Shown here: positions 30,304 to 40,113 of the stretch, in pieces
Layout of the letters: each line of letters opens with the position of its first letter
Position numbering within the stretch: the first letter of the stretch is position 1
IMG/VR virus record: IMGVR_UViG_3300032287_003113
Location: 1 to 64,000 of that record
Reading direction: 5' to 3' (one strand)
Length of the DNA stretch: 64,000 bases
Made by a program: the position numbers and the translations under genes
The notes under the pieces: generated by a model
Database searches by the model: none
Told to the model about the DNA's origin: nothing
Seen by the model: the letters and a program-made list of their open reading frames with translations, nothing else

Positions 30304-31383
30304 TTAGTTTAAAAAATAATCATTTAGAATGGTTGTGTCTACTTTAAAGTTCTCTTTTATTATAACACGTTTATCTATATCTTGCAAGATCTTTATCAGA
30401 TTACCGTAAGCTGAGTTAGCCACTTTTTGGAAGTGTAGTCTATTATGGTAGCTTGGTGCAGGATTGCCTGCTGTGAGCAAACTCTTAACTAGATGGTCTG
30501 CACGTTCTTGTGGATATGGTACACTATCGTAGGTTTCATCTATAGTATCGCCGAAGGTTTCAAATCCTAACTCTCGGATCTTGGCCAGGCTATGTTGTCC
30601 ACCGTAGACCACAAACGGGTGACCTAGCATTAGACTCTTGTAGGTCTTTTCGGTTGGGAACCATTCGTTCTGTGTGGTTTCACTGGCTATGCTTATCGTG
30701 GTATTGTAGTAGTGACTAGGATAGTAGGCATAGAAACGAAAGTCCGGATGTACAAATGGATCAGGCCAATCTTGATCTGGTCCAAAGCCGTCTGCACTTT
30801 TACCTGACCTATGACTCCATATACTGGCATCAAGTAGCCCGGCTGTTTTAAATAATTCAAAGAATCGTTCTCTATTGGTGCGCCATTCTCCATTTAAGAA
30901 CAGGAACCGGTGCGTCTTTACTGCTGTGTCAATTTGATTGCATGTGTACTCTAATCTGGCACGATTAAACTCATTGTTGATAATCCACGCAAAGAACTCG
31001 GGCATGTTATAGTTCTTTGCATAACCGTCAATATCCCAATCGCCACACTTGATTAAGTATCCATCAATATTTTTTGCTTGCAGTTGCTCTGCGGTTGGGC
31101 AAAAACTTGCCGATAAGGTTGCATAGCTTTCACTTGGATAATAAAATACAATCTTGTTGTTGTGTCCTGCGGCACGATCAATTATGGCTTGAGCAATATC
31201 GTGTCCGGGATCACCACAGGCTGTCTCCATAACAAAGCAGTCTGTGACAATGGTAGCACCGTCAGGTATTGCACTCACATCAGACTCCACGTAATCCACA
31301 CCGTGCAGAGACAGAGTAGCACGTAATAAATCCGCTTGTTTTTCGGCTGGACGTTTGAGTGGATGTAATATTAGATATAACAT
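30304..31383 (-). CDS. Hypothetical protein, TEKT-motif family (GT10-like)
   Basis: FLFLNG..R, ISIASET, FPTEKTYKSL..GHPF, LGFETF...IDETYD. Confidence 0.6.
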   Translation of the reverse strand: MLYLILHPLKRPAEKQADLLRATLSLHGVDYVESDVSAIPDGATIVTDCFVMETACGDPGHDIAQAIIDRAAGHNNKIVFYYPSESYATLSASFCPTAEQLQAKNIDGYLIKCGDWDIDGYAKNYNMPEFFAWIINNEFNRARLEYTCNQIDTAVKTHRFLFLNGEWRTNRERFFELFKTAGLLDASIWSHRSGKSADGFGPDQDWPDPFVHPDFRFYAYYPSHYYNTTISIASETTQNEWFPTEKTYKSLMLGHPFVVYGGQHSLAKIRELGFETFGDTIDETYDSVPYPQERADHLVKSLLTAGNPAPSYHNRLHFQKVANSAYGNLIKILQDIDKRVIIKENFKVDTTILNDYFLN

Positions 31384-31432
31384 GGATTTTTCATAAATAT
31401 TTAATCAAACATTCCCCGTTGGAAAATATTAT

Positions 31433-32062
31433 ATGAAAAATCTTGTCTACTATCCAGATTTGCCCTCAATTCCTGAACACCTGTTGGTTGATGTTGAAAA
31501 AATAGTGTTAGAACGTATTGCCAATGATCCGCCACATCCAAATCCGTTGTGTCAAAGAGAAATGGCTGTTTCTCGCGGTGAAGAAAAAATTGTAGGTGGG
31601 CGATATCGCGGAGACGAAGCAGATGAACCACTACAATCTTGGGTTAGAGAAAATATTGGTGATGATCTAGCACCAAAAGCACGAGTACGGATTGCCAGCC
31701 ACGGGGAACAAGGAAATTTAAGTGTTCCACACAGTGATGCTTCTAGAGATTGGAGTCTGTTATATCTTGTCAATTTAGGTGGTGACAACGTGGAAACAAT
31801 TTTTTGGCAAGAAAAAAATCAACCAGTGAGACGACCAAATGCAACTTTTCCTCCTAGCTATGATGATTTGATTGAACTAGAACGTGTGACATTCCCTAGT
31901 CATACTTGGGTCATGCTTGACTCATTGGTTTTACACAGCATAGAAAACATGGAAAGTTTGCGTATAGCAGTACAGGTAGGATTCAAAGACGGTAGCACAA
32001 CTCTACAAAAAATTTGGCCTGAAAGAGATTGGTCTGAACTACAAGTGCCATATTCTAATTAA
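31433..32062 (+). CDS. 2OG-Fe(II)/cupin-like oxygenase
   Basis: PHSD...LHSIEN..R facial-triad pattern. Confidence 0.55.
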   Translation: MKNLVYYPDLPSIPEHLLVDVEKIVLERIANDPPHPNPLCQREMAVSRGEEKIVGGRYRGDEADEPLQSWVRENIGDDLAPKARVRIASHGEQGNLSVPHSDASRDWSLLYLVNLGGDNVETIFWQEKNQPVRRPNATFPPSYDDLIELERVTFPSHTWVMLDSLVLHSIENMESLRIAVQVGFKDGSTTLQKIWPERDWSELQVPYSN

Positions 32063-32064
32063 TT

Positions 32065-32295
32065 TTAAACAGCACCATTCTTTATTGTCAATAACATAGT
32101 TTCGTAGCTGGCATTAAATGCATGAATTGTTGTTGAGCAACAGGCCAAATAAGTTTGATTTTTTATTTCTTGACTGTTGCTAGCCACAAAACAATGTTGT
32201 CCAAACGCCGCAGGATAAAATTGCACAGTTGAATTTGTTTCAATATCAAATTTAATTGTTTGTCCAGGTTCCAGTATCAACTCCATATTTTGCAC
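32065..32295 (-). CDS. Hypothetical protein
   Basis: 76 aa, overlaps the upstream gene. Confidence 0.45.
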   Translation of the reverse strand: MQNMELILEPGQTIKFDIETNSTVQFYPAAFGQHCFVASNSQEIKNQTYLACCSTTIHAFNASYETMLLTIKNGAV

Positions 32296-33008
32296 CCTAG
32301 ATGTTGATTTTTTTGTGCATCAAAATTCATAATAAGAGTGTATCGTGGAAGATTGCTAAGATTGGCAGTATGATGCGGAATCCCCCAATCCCAGGTAAAC
32401 GCTTGCCCTTGTTTCCAAAAGCCAAAATTATGATTTCCAATGATAAAATATTGTCCGGGAACATGGTCTTCTAAAAATACTACCAACCTACGTTCTCCAG
32501 GATCTCGATAAGGATCTGTTTGATCTGTTGTGTTATTGTAAACATGATCTATGTGGTCCATGGTAACATCGCCTGGACGTTGGATAGCTACACGTAACAT
32601 AACATTGAGCATGTGATTACCGTGACTTTTTATAATCTTGACTCCCAATTGCTGTTCAACTGTGGCAACAATGTCAGGGCACTGGTCTGTGTCAATATAA
32701 TGACTGGTAAACCAAGGACGGCTTTTATCAAATATTTTACCTGTCAAATCCGGCAATGCTTTATCAAAGTCTGCTTGTAAAATTGGATTGTTAAATTTTT
32801 TAGAAGAGTCTGAATAAAAATTTCCATCAAATGTCTTTGATCTTGTTGATTTCGTTTTTAACTCCAACAGAGCCTGACAAACATCTGCTGACAAAGTACG
32901 ATCAATGTGTATATAGTCTGATCCATGTTGCGATGGCTTATTGATATCGAAATGCCAATGTCCTTTGTTAAAATGCACAATTGATCTTGGTGTAAGTTTA
33001 ACGGTCAT
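32277..33008 (-). CDS. 2OG-Fe(II)/Asp-beta-hydroxylase-like oxygenase
   Basis: QRPG...HID, VFLED..PGQ, W..G, PHHTAN....RYTL. Confidence 0.65.
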   Translation of the reverse strand: MTVKLTPRSIVHFNKGHWHFDINKPSQHGSDYIHIDRTLSADVCQALLELKTKSTRSKTFDGNFYSDSSKKFNNPILQADFDKALPDLTGKIFDKSRPWFTSHYIDTDQCPDIVATVEQQLGVKIIKSHGNHMLNVMLRVAIQRPGDVTMDHIDHVYNNTTDQTDPYRDPGERRLVVFLEDHVPGQYFIIGNHNFGFWKQGQAFTWDWGIPHHTANLSNLPRYTLIMNFDAQKNQHLGCKIWS

Positions 33009-33011
33009 GAT

Positions 33012-33959
33012 TTATTTTTGACCCAATGGTAGCCAAATTTTTCTTAGACGTTCTATGTGTCGATTAAATCCTGCAGTGGTTGTTTCGTCTGGATTTGAAA
33101 AAATAAAATTTTCATTATGATAGAGTTTTACTTCATCAGTTTCTAATGCCCGGCTAAACGTTGTTTGATACCAAGACACAATTTCAGGCGGTGTACCAGG
33201 AGGCAACATCAGTGCCCATGCTGCAAAAATATCAATGCCTTTTCCTTTGATCCTCAATGGTTCTACCATTGGTAGTTTGGCCAGTTTTTTATCTCCAGTA
33301 ATAGCAATAATTTTTACTTTACCAGCTTCTATCAACGGACGGGCAACACTAATTGGCATGATGCCAAATTCAATATTAGATTCCGATGCTACACCGGTCA
33401 CAGCTTGCAACGGACCTTGAAAGTTTACATGGCCGACTAAATTTTTATTTGCTTCTCCGTTGAGTATAATATATTCAAGCGCCAAGCGATGTACTGGACT
33501 ACCTACTGCAACATTAACTGGTTTTCCAGGACTTTTTATATATGATAAAAATTCAACAGGTGTATTTACACGACTACCGGGGTGTGCCACTATCGCTAAT
33601 GGACTTTTTGCCATGCCCATCACATTGGTAAAACTGTTGTATTCCCAACGCTTCAGATCTTTTTGCCAGATATCATTGCCTATGTAGGTTGCAAAATAAC
33701 TGGGAACACTGATGGTGTATCCATCAGGTGCAGCTTCATACAATGCATTACTGGCCAACACAGTATCTGCACCAGGTTTGTGTTCTATTATATATTGAAA
33801 GGTTGGATGACTTTTCTGTACTTGCGTGGCCAGCAATCGAAACTGAATTTCGTTGCCGCTGCCGGGAGCGAATCCAATTATTACTCTCACGGGTTTGGTG
33901 GGTTCCCATGCCCAGGCCATGATAGGAACCATAAGAAAAACAAACAATAATTTTTTCAT
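33012..33959 (-). CDS. Bug/TctC tripartite tricarboxylate transporter substrate-binding protein
   Basis: Signal peptide, PTKPVRVIIGFAPG, EHKPGA, APDGYT, PPGTP. Confidence 0.88.
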   Translation of the reverse strand: MKKLLFVFLMVPIMAWAWEPTKPVRVIIGFAPGSGNEIQFRLLATQVQKSHPTFQYIIEHKPGADTVLASNALYEAAPDGYTISVPSYFATYIGNDIWQKDLKRWEYNSFTNVMGMAKSPLAIVAHPGSRVNTPVEFLSYIKSPGKPVNVAVGSPVHRLALEYIILNGEANKNLVGHVNFQGPLQAVTGVASESNIEFGIMPISVARPLIEAGKVKIIAITGDKKLAKLPMVEPLRIKGKGIDIFAAWALMLPPGTPPEIVSWYQTTFSRALETDEVKLYHNENFIFSNPDETTTAGFNRHIERLRKIWLPLGQK

Positions 33960-33981
33960 TTTTTCTCCGATTAATTGATTT

Positions 33982-34530
33982 TTACAACAAAAACAAATTT
34001 GATATTTCAGTCGGTAACCAAGGTGTGTTCATACGTTCTGGATGCCAAACTACACCTGCAATACGTTGATCGATCCAAGCTTCGCAGTGACCACTGCTGT
34101 CATACACTAGTCCAGTTGCAGTTGAATGTAGTTGTGCAATAGCCTGGGTGTGATACGAATTTACTGTGTGTTCTTGTCCAAAATATTCAACGGCGTGTTC
34201 TGTGTCCATGTGACCTTCACATGCATTAACCTGTCCGCCCAGTGCATCTGTAAGTAAAAATGCGCCATGACAAACTCCCAAAATTGGTTTCTGTTGTTTC
34301 ATCACAGCAGTGGCCAATTTAAATTCAACAGTTCGTCTGATTGCACTATCGTCACCGCCGGTGATAATCAAACAGTCGTGACCGTCGGCTAATTGTTCAA
34401 AATCTTGATCGAGTCTATTGGGAATAAAAGAAAGCGTGTGATTTTTTAAATAACGATACCAACCGTGTTCTATGCTATCGTATGCCCTACCTTTGTGATA
34501 CAGAACTCTTTGTGTAAGAGCTATCTTCAA
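33982..34530 (-). CDS. Class I glutamine amidotransferase (peptidase C26/PuuD-like)
   Basis: ITGGD, ILGVCHG, VNSYH, WHPE. Confidence 0.88.
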   Translation of the reverse strand: MKIALTQRVLYHKGRAYDSIEHGWYRYLKNHTLSFIPNRLDQDFEQLADGHDCLIITGGDDSAIRRTVEFKLATAVMKQQKPILGVCHGAFLLTDALGGQVNACEGHMDTEHAVEYFGQEHTVNSYHTQAIAQLHSTATGLVYDSSGHCEAWIDQRIAGVVWHPERMNTPWLPTEISNLFLL

Positions 34531-34531
34531 A

Positions 34532-35242
34532 TTACCAACCGTAGGCTTCTGCTGCTAATTCACGAGCGCCAGGACTATCGCAAGTATTGCCAACAATAAT
34601 GTCGTATAACTCTTTACGCATTTTAGCAGCCATGGCCAAAGCACGTTCAGCAACTTCTGGGTTTTCGTCTTGCAACCGTTCTAAACGAAGTGCACCAATG
34701 TTGGCATGGAATGCTTCATCTTTGCCAATGCGATTGTATTTTTCAGCAACAAAAGAATCATAGGCACCAATTTCACTCATTGTTAACCAGCTGGTACTGG
34801 CACGACCTTCGGCAATTATTTGATAAACAGCCAAGGCCACTTCGTCTTGGGCAGTTTCGTACGATTTCATTGTGGCAGCACCTTTGTCGTTGGCTTTGCG
34901 ACTAAATTCACGATCTAAATATTCTTGAGTGTTGACTTCTGCACCGGTAATGTGCTCTAACACTTCCTTGACCAAACGGAAGTGTGTCGCTTCATCTTGA
35001 GCTTGTTTGGCCAACAGCAACATTTCTTCAGCAGGAGCTGAAGTTGGAAGATTGGCAATTGCTTCAGCGACACCGACCATGTTCATGTATTCATTGGCTA
35101 AACGACCTTGGAAATGCAACAGGTATTCTTCTTTTGTGCGTGCCGGATCGTTGAACCAATGGCGAATGTTCATTTTGCTTGCTTCAAATAATGGCTTGTT
35201 TTCTTCTTGTATTTTTAGTACTAGTTCTTTGCCGGTCAGCAT
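34532..35242 (-). CDS. Ferritin-like diiron protein
   Basis: NE...DEATH...AE...DEAFH paired ExxH motifs. Confidence 0.8.
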   Translation of the reverse strand: MLTGKELVLKIQEENKPLFEASKMNIRHWFNDPARTKEEYLLHFQGRLANEYMNMVGVAEAIANLPTSAPAEEMLLLAKQAQDEATHFRLVKEVLEHITGAEVNTQEYLDREFSRKANDKGAATMKSYETAQDEVALAVYQIIAEGRASTSWLTMSEIGAYDSFVAEKYNRIGKDEAFHANIGALRLERLQDENPEVAERALAMAAKMRKELYDIIVGNTCDSPGARELAAEAYGW

Positions 35243-35317
35243 AGGAATCTCTCCAAATTAATTCAGTATATGTATTTATGTTTATTTGCAATTTATAAAA
35301 CATAAATAGTTTACTCA

Positions 35318-35911
35318 ATGGATAAAAAATGGTTTTTTTACGGCTGTGCTGACAATGAGTTTACTGTTACGTATGCTCTGTATGAGCACACTTCTGACTG
35401 TTTTTTTCTAGTAGATACAGACGAAAAATCCATGAAAGATTTGGCTTTTTTGTTTTCCAGTAGATATCAACTAACAATTTGCCAGCTTAACACCGCACAC
35501 AATTATTTACCTGAGCTAATAGACAATACAGTATGTGTAAATTGGACTTTGACCAACAAACAAGACATTCCTATCGCTAGATTTCCACGTCCACATATGA
35601 TTGTTTCCGCAGAAGGCCTGGTTGAAAAATCGAATAACAATTTGCCATGGAATTACAACAACGAACAAAATTACTTGATGGCTGCAAAACATTGGTTGTC
35701 CCACCCTGCACTCAAAGGATATCCTACTGCTCTTGCTCACTGGGGTGATTTTTACCACACTTCTTCAATGGTGCCAGGAGCACCATTTGAAAATCGATTT
35801 GTATATACATTGTCCCAAATTAAAAAAATAATTTATCAAGAATTCGATCTACCAACTGCTCACCAAAAAATTAATCAACTGTTGACGACATATGAATTTG
35901 ATATACATTAA
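35318..35911 (+). CDS. Hypothetical protein
   Basis: 197 aa; CATAAATA late-type motif upstream. Confidence 0.55.
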   Translation: MDKKWFFYGCADNEFTVTYALYEHTSDCFFLVDTDEKSMKDLAFLFSSRYQLTICQLNTAHNYLPELIDNTVCVNWTLTNKQDIPIARFPRPHMIVSAEGLVEKSNNNLPWNYNNEQNYLMAAKHWLSHPALKGYPTALAHWGDFYHTSSMVPGAPFENRFVYTLSQIKKIIYQEFDLPTAHQKINQLLTTYEFDIH

Positions 35912-37043
35912 TAGCAGAGTCGATTTGACTGCATACGAAAAACAGCTAGGCATTCAGTTCTGTCAAGAGTTTACAAACTATCAAACTATTTCTCAACAGC
36001 TATGGTATGAACAACATTTCCCACACAATCGTTCTGGAGTTGATCCAATTTGGAGTCTTCAAACCCCCAAAAAATACCAACTGTGTTTGCCCTCCTTTTG
36101 TCATAACAAAACATTTGAGGATATCACAGATCAACGTGCAATCGAATTAATCAATCGTTGCCAACAAAAAAATCAACCCATGTTTATTACGTGGTCGGGC
36201 GGGATTGACAGTACTTTGATAGTTGCTGCATTATTTAAACATGCCGATCGAGAATATCTAAAACAGATAACTGTGCTAATGAACAATTCCAGTTATTATG
36301 AGAATCCTGTATTTTTTGATCGTATAATTTCTCCTTATTTTTCCTACAACAATATTGATCATGCAATTTGTCATTGGAAAGATTCTGTTGTTGTTAGCGG
36401 ACAACCGGCAGATCAAATGTGGATTCACGCAGATATTGTCAAACTTGAAAATCGCTTTCCAGGGGCCGGAGATATTGACCCACACACTGATCCGGATTTG
36501 CTATTGGATTTTCTTTCAAAAAAAAGCAATAAGAATCATGCTGAATGGTTTTATTGGCTAGTTTTAAATACTGCTGCCGAAGCAAAAATTTCAATTGTTA
36601 GCTATAGAGATTTTTTCTGGTGGGCAAATTTTAATTTTTACACCGTGGGAAACTGTTTAAAATCATACCTGGCTGAAGCTGAATGTTTCAACAACGAACA
36701 GTTTTTATTGTATCAGCAAAATTACATACCCTGGTTCTTGACAGACGACTACCAATTTTGGAGCATACACAATAACAATACTGGAGTTAAAATGTTGCAG
36801 GGCCTAGGAAGCTACAAATTGGTTGCAAAAAAATATATACTGGAAGTAGATAATAATCAATACTACTATCATTACAAATACAAAACAGGCAGTCCCAACC
36901 AGCATTTGTTTGCACAGAAAAAAACTACCGAAGATAAAATTAAAAAAGTTTTTGCGTTATATGATGATGGATCTGCTGTTATGTCAGATGATTCCAAGTC
37001 AATTGGTCAATTAATTTTGAACAATATCAATCTTTATCATTGA
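35892..37043 (+). CDS. Adenine-nucleotide alpha-hydrolase (PP-loop) protein
   Basis: WSGGIDST, VVSGQPADQ, K..AKKYI; resembles asparagine synthetase C-domain. Confidence 0.7.
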   Translation: MNLIYINSRVDLTAYEKQLGIQFCQEFTNYQTISQQLWYEQHFPHNRSGVDPIWSLQTPKKYQLCLPSFCHNKTFEDITDQRAIELINRCQQKNQPMFITWSGGIDSTLIVAALFKHADREYLKQITVLMNNSSYYENPVFFDRIISPYFSYNNIDHAICHWKDSVVVSGQPADQMWIHADIVKLENRFPGAGDIDPHTDPDLLLDFLSKKSNKNHAEWFYWLVLNTAAEAKISIVSYRDFFWWANFNFYTVGNCLKSYLAEAECFNNEQFLLYQQNYIPWFLTDDYQFWSIHNNNTGVKMLQGLGSYKLVAKKYILEVDNNQYYYHYKYKTGSPNQHLFAQKKTTEDKIKKVFALYDDGSAVMSDDSKSIGQLILNNINLYH

Positions 37044-37066
37044 TCAAATAATAAATACCTATTCCC

Positions 37067-38362
37067 ATGCAAAACAAAATAGAACATACCTCCGTTGCCG
37101 GTGTTAACTTTGAACCTAATAAAAAACTGGGCTACTATTTGGTCGACAACCAAATCTATTACAACAAATATCATGCGTTATTAAACGCATCTAAACAGAA
37201 ACAATCTATAAAATGGTTCTTTAACGAAGATGTGTTTGTACGTTACCCGTGGCACATTGAACCAGAAGAATCTTTAGATGAGTTGTATCGTCAAAGAGCA
37301 CAACAACTTAGAGATGAATATGATTATATTCGAGTGGAGTCCTCGGGTGGGTCTGATAGCACTACAGTTATTTTTAGTTTTCTACTTAATAACATACCAC
37401 TAGACGAAGTGGTATTTCGATATCCCAAAGGTGGAGACAAGGATGTAGTAGGAAATGCTCGAGACCTACGCAGTGAAAATACTCTAAGCGAATGGGAGTT
37501 TGCAGCAAAACCGTTGCTAGATTGGATTGCTACAAACTATCCTGGTGTTAAAATTACTGTGTATGATTACGCAGGAACTTTAGTGCGTGAAGCCGAAGAG
37601 AAGGATGAAAGTTGGGTGTTCCGTACTAGACACTATTTACAACCCGGTCACATAAACAAATACCAAGCCATAGCCATAGACGACCATAAACGGTTAGTTG
37701 AAAAGAACCTGCGGATTTGTGTGTTATGGGGTGTTGATAAACCTAAAATTACTGTCAAAGACGGAAAGTTTTTTTTATATTTTCATGACGGGCAAGCCAG
37801 TCATAGCGATCAAGCGATAGGCGAATACACCAACATAACCAATGAATTTTTTTATTGGAGCCCTGACGCCTGCAAATTATTGGCCAAACAAGCACATTCA
37901 ATAAAAAACTGGTTTGAAATGCCCGCCCACTATAATATGCAAAACGTATTACATTGGCCCAATTCAAACTTTAGTGGTAGAACTATCTACGAACAAATTG
38001 TTAAAAGTGTAATTTATTCTAAATACGATTTGCAAACATTTCAAACCAATAAGCCAACTAACAATATTTGGAACGAAATGGATTATTGGTTCCATCACAA
38101 TTTTAAAGATACTCAAGCATATCGTGTATGGGAATCTGGTATTGACTATTTGATCTCTACCTTGGATCCTGCATTTGTTGAAAACCTACACGGTCGACCG
38201 ACCAATATCATGATGTTTGAAACCCCAATGTATTATTTTGGAGATAGCAATATACCTAATTTGGCCTTGCCGTTCACTCCCGGGGCAGATCTTAAAGAGA
38301 AAAGAGTCGATTCTTCTAAGCAACATAGACACGTGATCAACGGACGCCTGGTAATTTATTAA
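37067..38362 (+). CDS. PP-loop (ANH) protein, paralog A
   Basis: LYRQRAQQLRDEYDYI..SGGSDS, GVDKP, EFFYW. Confidence 0.7.
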   Translation: MQNKIEHTSVAGVNFEPNKKLGYYLVDNQIYYNKYHALLNASKQKQSIKWFFNEDVFVRYPWHIEPEESLDELYRQRAQQLRDEYDYIRVESSGGSDSTTVIFSFLLNNIPLDEVVFRYPKGGDKDVVGNARDLRSENTLSEWEFAAKPLLDWIATNYPGVKITVYDYAGTLVREAEEKDESWVFRTRHYLQPGHINKYQAIAIDDHKRLVEKNLRICVLWGVDKPKITVKDGKFFLYFHDGQASHSDQAIGEYTNITNEFFYWSPDACKLLAKQAHSIKNWFEMPAHYNMQNVLHWPNSNFSGRTIYEQIVKSVIYSKYDLQTFQTNKPTNNIWNEMDYWFHHNFKDTQAYRVWESGIDYLISTLDPAFVENLHGRPTNIMMFETPMYYFGDSNIPNLALPFTPGADLKEKRVDSSKQHRHVINGRLVIY

Positions 38363-38363
38363 T

Positions 38364-38439
38364 TGGTGCCCTGGGTAGGATTCGAACCCACAATGTCCGC
38401 TCGGTAAAGCGGTGACTATACCATTTTGTCTACCAGGGT
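38364..38439 (-). tRNA. Non-canonical tRNA (6-nt anticodon loop, identity uncertain)
   Basis: T-arm GTGGGTTCGAATCCTAC, CCA end, anticodon arm CCGCT-TTACCG-AGCGG, A1:C72 mismatch. Confidence 0.7.
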
Positions 38440-38441
38440 GT

Positions 38442-38516
38442 TGGTTGCGGGGGACAGATTCGAACTGTCGATCTCCAGGTTATGAGCCTGACGGGTTGCC
38501 TCTTCCCTACCCCGCG
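38442..38516 (-). tRNA. tRNA-Met(CAU), initiator-like
   Basis: CGCGGGG 5' end, C1:A72 mismatch, CT-CAT-AA loop. Confidence 0.88.
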
Positions 38517-38521
38517 ATAAA

Positions 38522-39124
38522 CTACATTGCAGGACCGTTGCCGTTCCTAAATCCTATTTCACCGCCTTCAGCTTCGATACGCTTGACGACATCTTCGAAC
38601 AAGATAGGTGCAAAATCAGTTTGTTCCACACACACGCAATGATAACGGACATCAATCCATTGCCTTACTCCGCGGGTCATAAACTCGTGTGTGGTTTGTG
38701 CTGTTTTCATCACACGATTGGCGTGAGTGTGTCCGTGGATGTTGACACCAAAACGACCCAGGCTTTCCTCATGGATAGGGATATGACTGAGTATCATTCC
38801 GTTCATCACATGGTAAGCACGAAGCTCACGGAAGTGTTCACGATAGTCGGTGTCCTTGAAGATATCGTGGTTACCGCGGATAAGAACCTTGTCTCCGTTG
38901 AGCCTACGCATGATAGCAAGACTCTTGCGGCTCATAACAACATCGCCCAAGTGATACACTTTGTCGTTGGGCCTTACACGCTCGTTCCAGGCTGCGACCA
39001 TGAACTCGTCCATTTCCGCTGGATCGGTCCAAGGACGTAGTTTGGTCACACCATCGTTGCGTGTGAAGCGACATACACCTGCGTGTCCAAAATGCGTGTC
39101 GCTGACTAAAAATACTGCTGGCAT
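38522..39124 (-). CDS. Calcineurin-like metallophosphoesterase
   Basis: SDTHFGH, HLGD, GNHD, HGHTH. Confidence 0.9.
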   Translation of the reverse strand: MPAVFLVSDTHFGHAGVCRFTRNDGVTKLRPWTDPAEMDEFMVAAWNERVRPNDKVYHLGDVVMSRKSLAIMRRLNGDKVLIRGNHDIFKDTDYREHFRELRAYHVMNGMILSHIPIHEESLGRFGVNIHGHTHANRVMKTAQTTHEFMTRGVRQWIDVRYHCVCVEQTDFAPILFEDVVKRIEAEGGEIGFRNGNGPAM

Positions 39125-39147
39125 ACGTGCTTCCTTTCTTTAAAATT

Positions 39148-39225
39148 TGGAAGTGAGGGTCGGATTTGAACCGACGGTTTTAGGGATTTGCAGTCCCTTG
39201 CATTGGGCCACTCTGCCACCTCACT
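39148..39225 (-). tRNA. tRNA-Cys(GCA)
   Basis: AGGGA-CTGCAAA-TCCCT, U73, CCA. Confidence 0.92.
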
Positions 39226-39233
39226 ACTGTTAC

Positions 39234-39307
39234 TGGAGCGGGATATCGGAATCGAACCGATGACGAAAGATTGGAAATCTTTAGTTTTGCCCCTAAACTA
39301 ATCCCGC
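39234..39307 (-). tRNA. tRNA-Gly(UCC)
   Basis: AAAGA-TTTCCAA-TCTTT, U73, CCA. Confidence 0.92.
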
Positions 39308-39322
39308 TTAGGATTTACCACT

Positions 39323-39396
39323 TGGCGGGTCGCAAAGGAATCGAACCTCTACCCGCGGTTTTGGAGACCGCTGTTCTGCCACTAAACTAGCAACCC
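39323..39396 (-). tRNA. tRNA-Trp(CCA)
   Basis: GCGGT-CTCCAAA-ACCGC, G73, CCA. Confidence 0.92.
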
Positions 39397-39403
39397 ATAA
39401 TAC

Positions 39404-39479
39404 TGGCGCTCCCGACCGGATTCGAACCGGTGTACTCGCCGTGAAAGGGCGATGTCCTAGGCCTCTAGACGACGGGAGC
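39404..39479 (-). tRNA. tRNA-Glu(UUC)
   Basis: TCGCC-CTTTCAC-GGCGA, CCA. Confidence 0.92.
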
Positions 39480-39485
39480 CTAACT

Positions 39486-39569
39486 TGGTGGAGAATACTG
39501 GGATCGAACCAGTCGTGCCATAGGCGCCGGATTTACAGTCCAGTGCATCACCATTGATGCTTCTTCTCC
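39486..39569 (-). tRNA. tRNA-Tyr(GUA)
   Basis: CTGGA-CTGTAAA-TCCGG, long variable arm, CCA. Confidence 0.92.
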
Positions 39570-39575
39570 AAAACT

Positions 39576-39652
39576 TGGCGGAGTAGACGGGACTCGAACC
39601 CGCGACCCTCGGCGTGACAGGCCGATATTCTAACCAACTGAACTACCACTCC
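39576..39652 (-). tRNA. tRNA-Asp(GUC)
   Basis: TCGGC-CTGTCAC-GCCGA, CCA. Confidence 0.93.
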
Positions 39653-39661
39653 AATACTACT

Positions 39662-39690
39662 ATTATACATTAAACGGATTTAATGGTCGG
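39662..39690 (-). promoter_or_regulatory. Promoter for the tRNA array
   Basis: TATAAT ~9 nt before tRNA-Asp; degenerate -35 CCGACC at 17-bp spacing. Confidence 0.6.
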
Positions 39691-39760
39691 TACTCACTGC
39701 TTATCGTAGATTGTTTGCCCAAAAAACGTACCGGTCATTTTCATAACCTCAATCCACTTA

Positions 39761-39928
39761 TCAGCGTGGGGGGTATTTCGACCCCCTTGCAGAATTCTTT
39801 ACTGTTGCAAGTTCTGCCAACGCTTTTATTTGTGCTTCTACTCTTGCTAACTTTGCTTCTAGTAACGCCGCTTTATCTTCCGGTGAGAGGACAAAATGCG
39901 AAAACTCTTTTTTAATTTTGCGTTCCAT
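39761..39928 (-). CDS. Small coiled-coil protein
   Basis: MERKIKK... with AGGAG RBS. Confidence 0.55.
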   Translation of the reverse strand: MERKIKKEFSHFVLSPEDKAALLEAKLARVEAQIKALAELATVKNSARGSKYPPR

Positions 39929-39946
39929 TTGCTTCTCCTTTATAAA

Positions 39947-39980
39947 CAAAAAACCCCGGAGTGTTTAATTCCAGGGTTTT
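39947..39980 (-). terminator. Intrinsic terminator/attenuator hairpin
   Basis: AAAACCCTGGA...TCCGGGGTTTTTTG. Confidence 0.75.
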
Positions 39981-40005
39981 GGTTAAAATACGGTAATATG
40001 TATGT

Positions 40006-40104
40006 CTATCCAACACCCTTCAAGTGCTCTAAATTGCGATCAAGCCAACGGCCTAGCACACACAGCACTACGGTCGCATAAATTTCATGAAGGTAATTTT
40101 TCAT
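40006..40104 (-). CDS. Putative leader peptide (32 aa)
   Basis: MKNYLHEIYATVVLCVLGRWLDRNLEHLKGVG between a consensus promoter and a terminator. Confidence 0.45.
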   Translation of the reverse strand: MKNYLHEIYATVVLCVLGRWLDRNLEHLKGVG

Positions 40105-40113
40105 TGTTTTCAT

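Noticed and set aside
35892-38362. Lasso-peptide cluster based on asparagine-synthetase-like genes
   Set aside because: No recognisable leader peptidase, RRE or precursor peptide nearby.
38412-39143. Plus-strand ORFs over the tRNAs and phosphoesterase
   Set aside because: Antisense shadows of well-supported minus-strand features.
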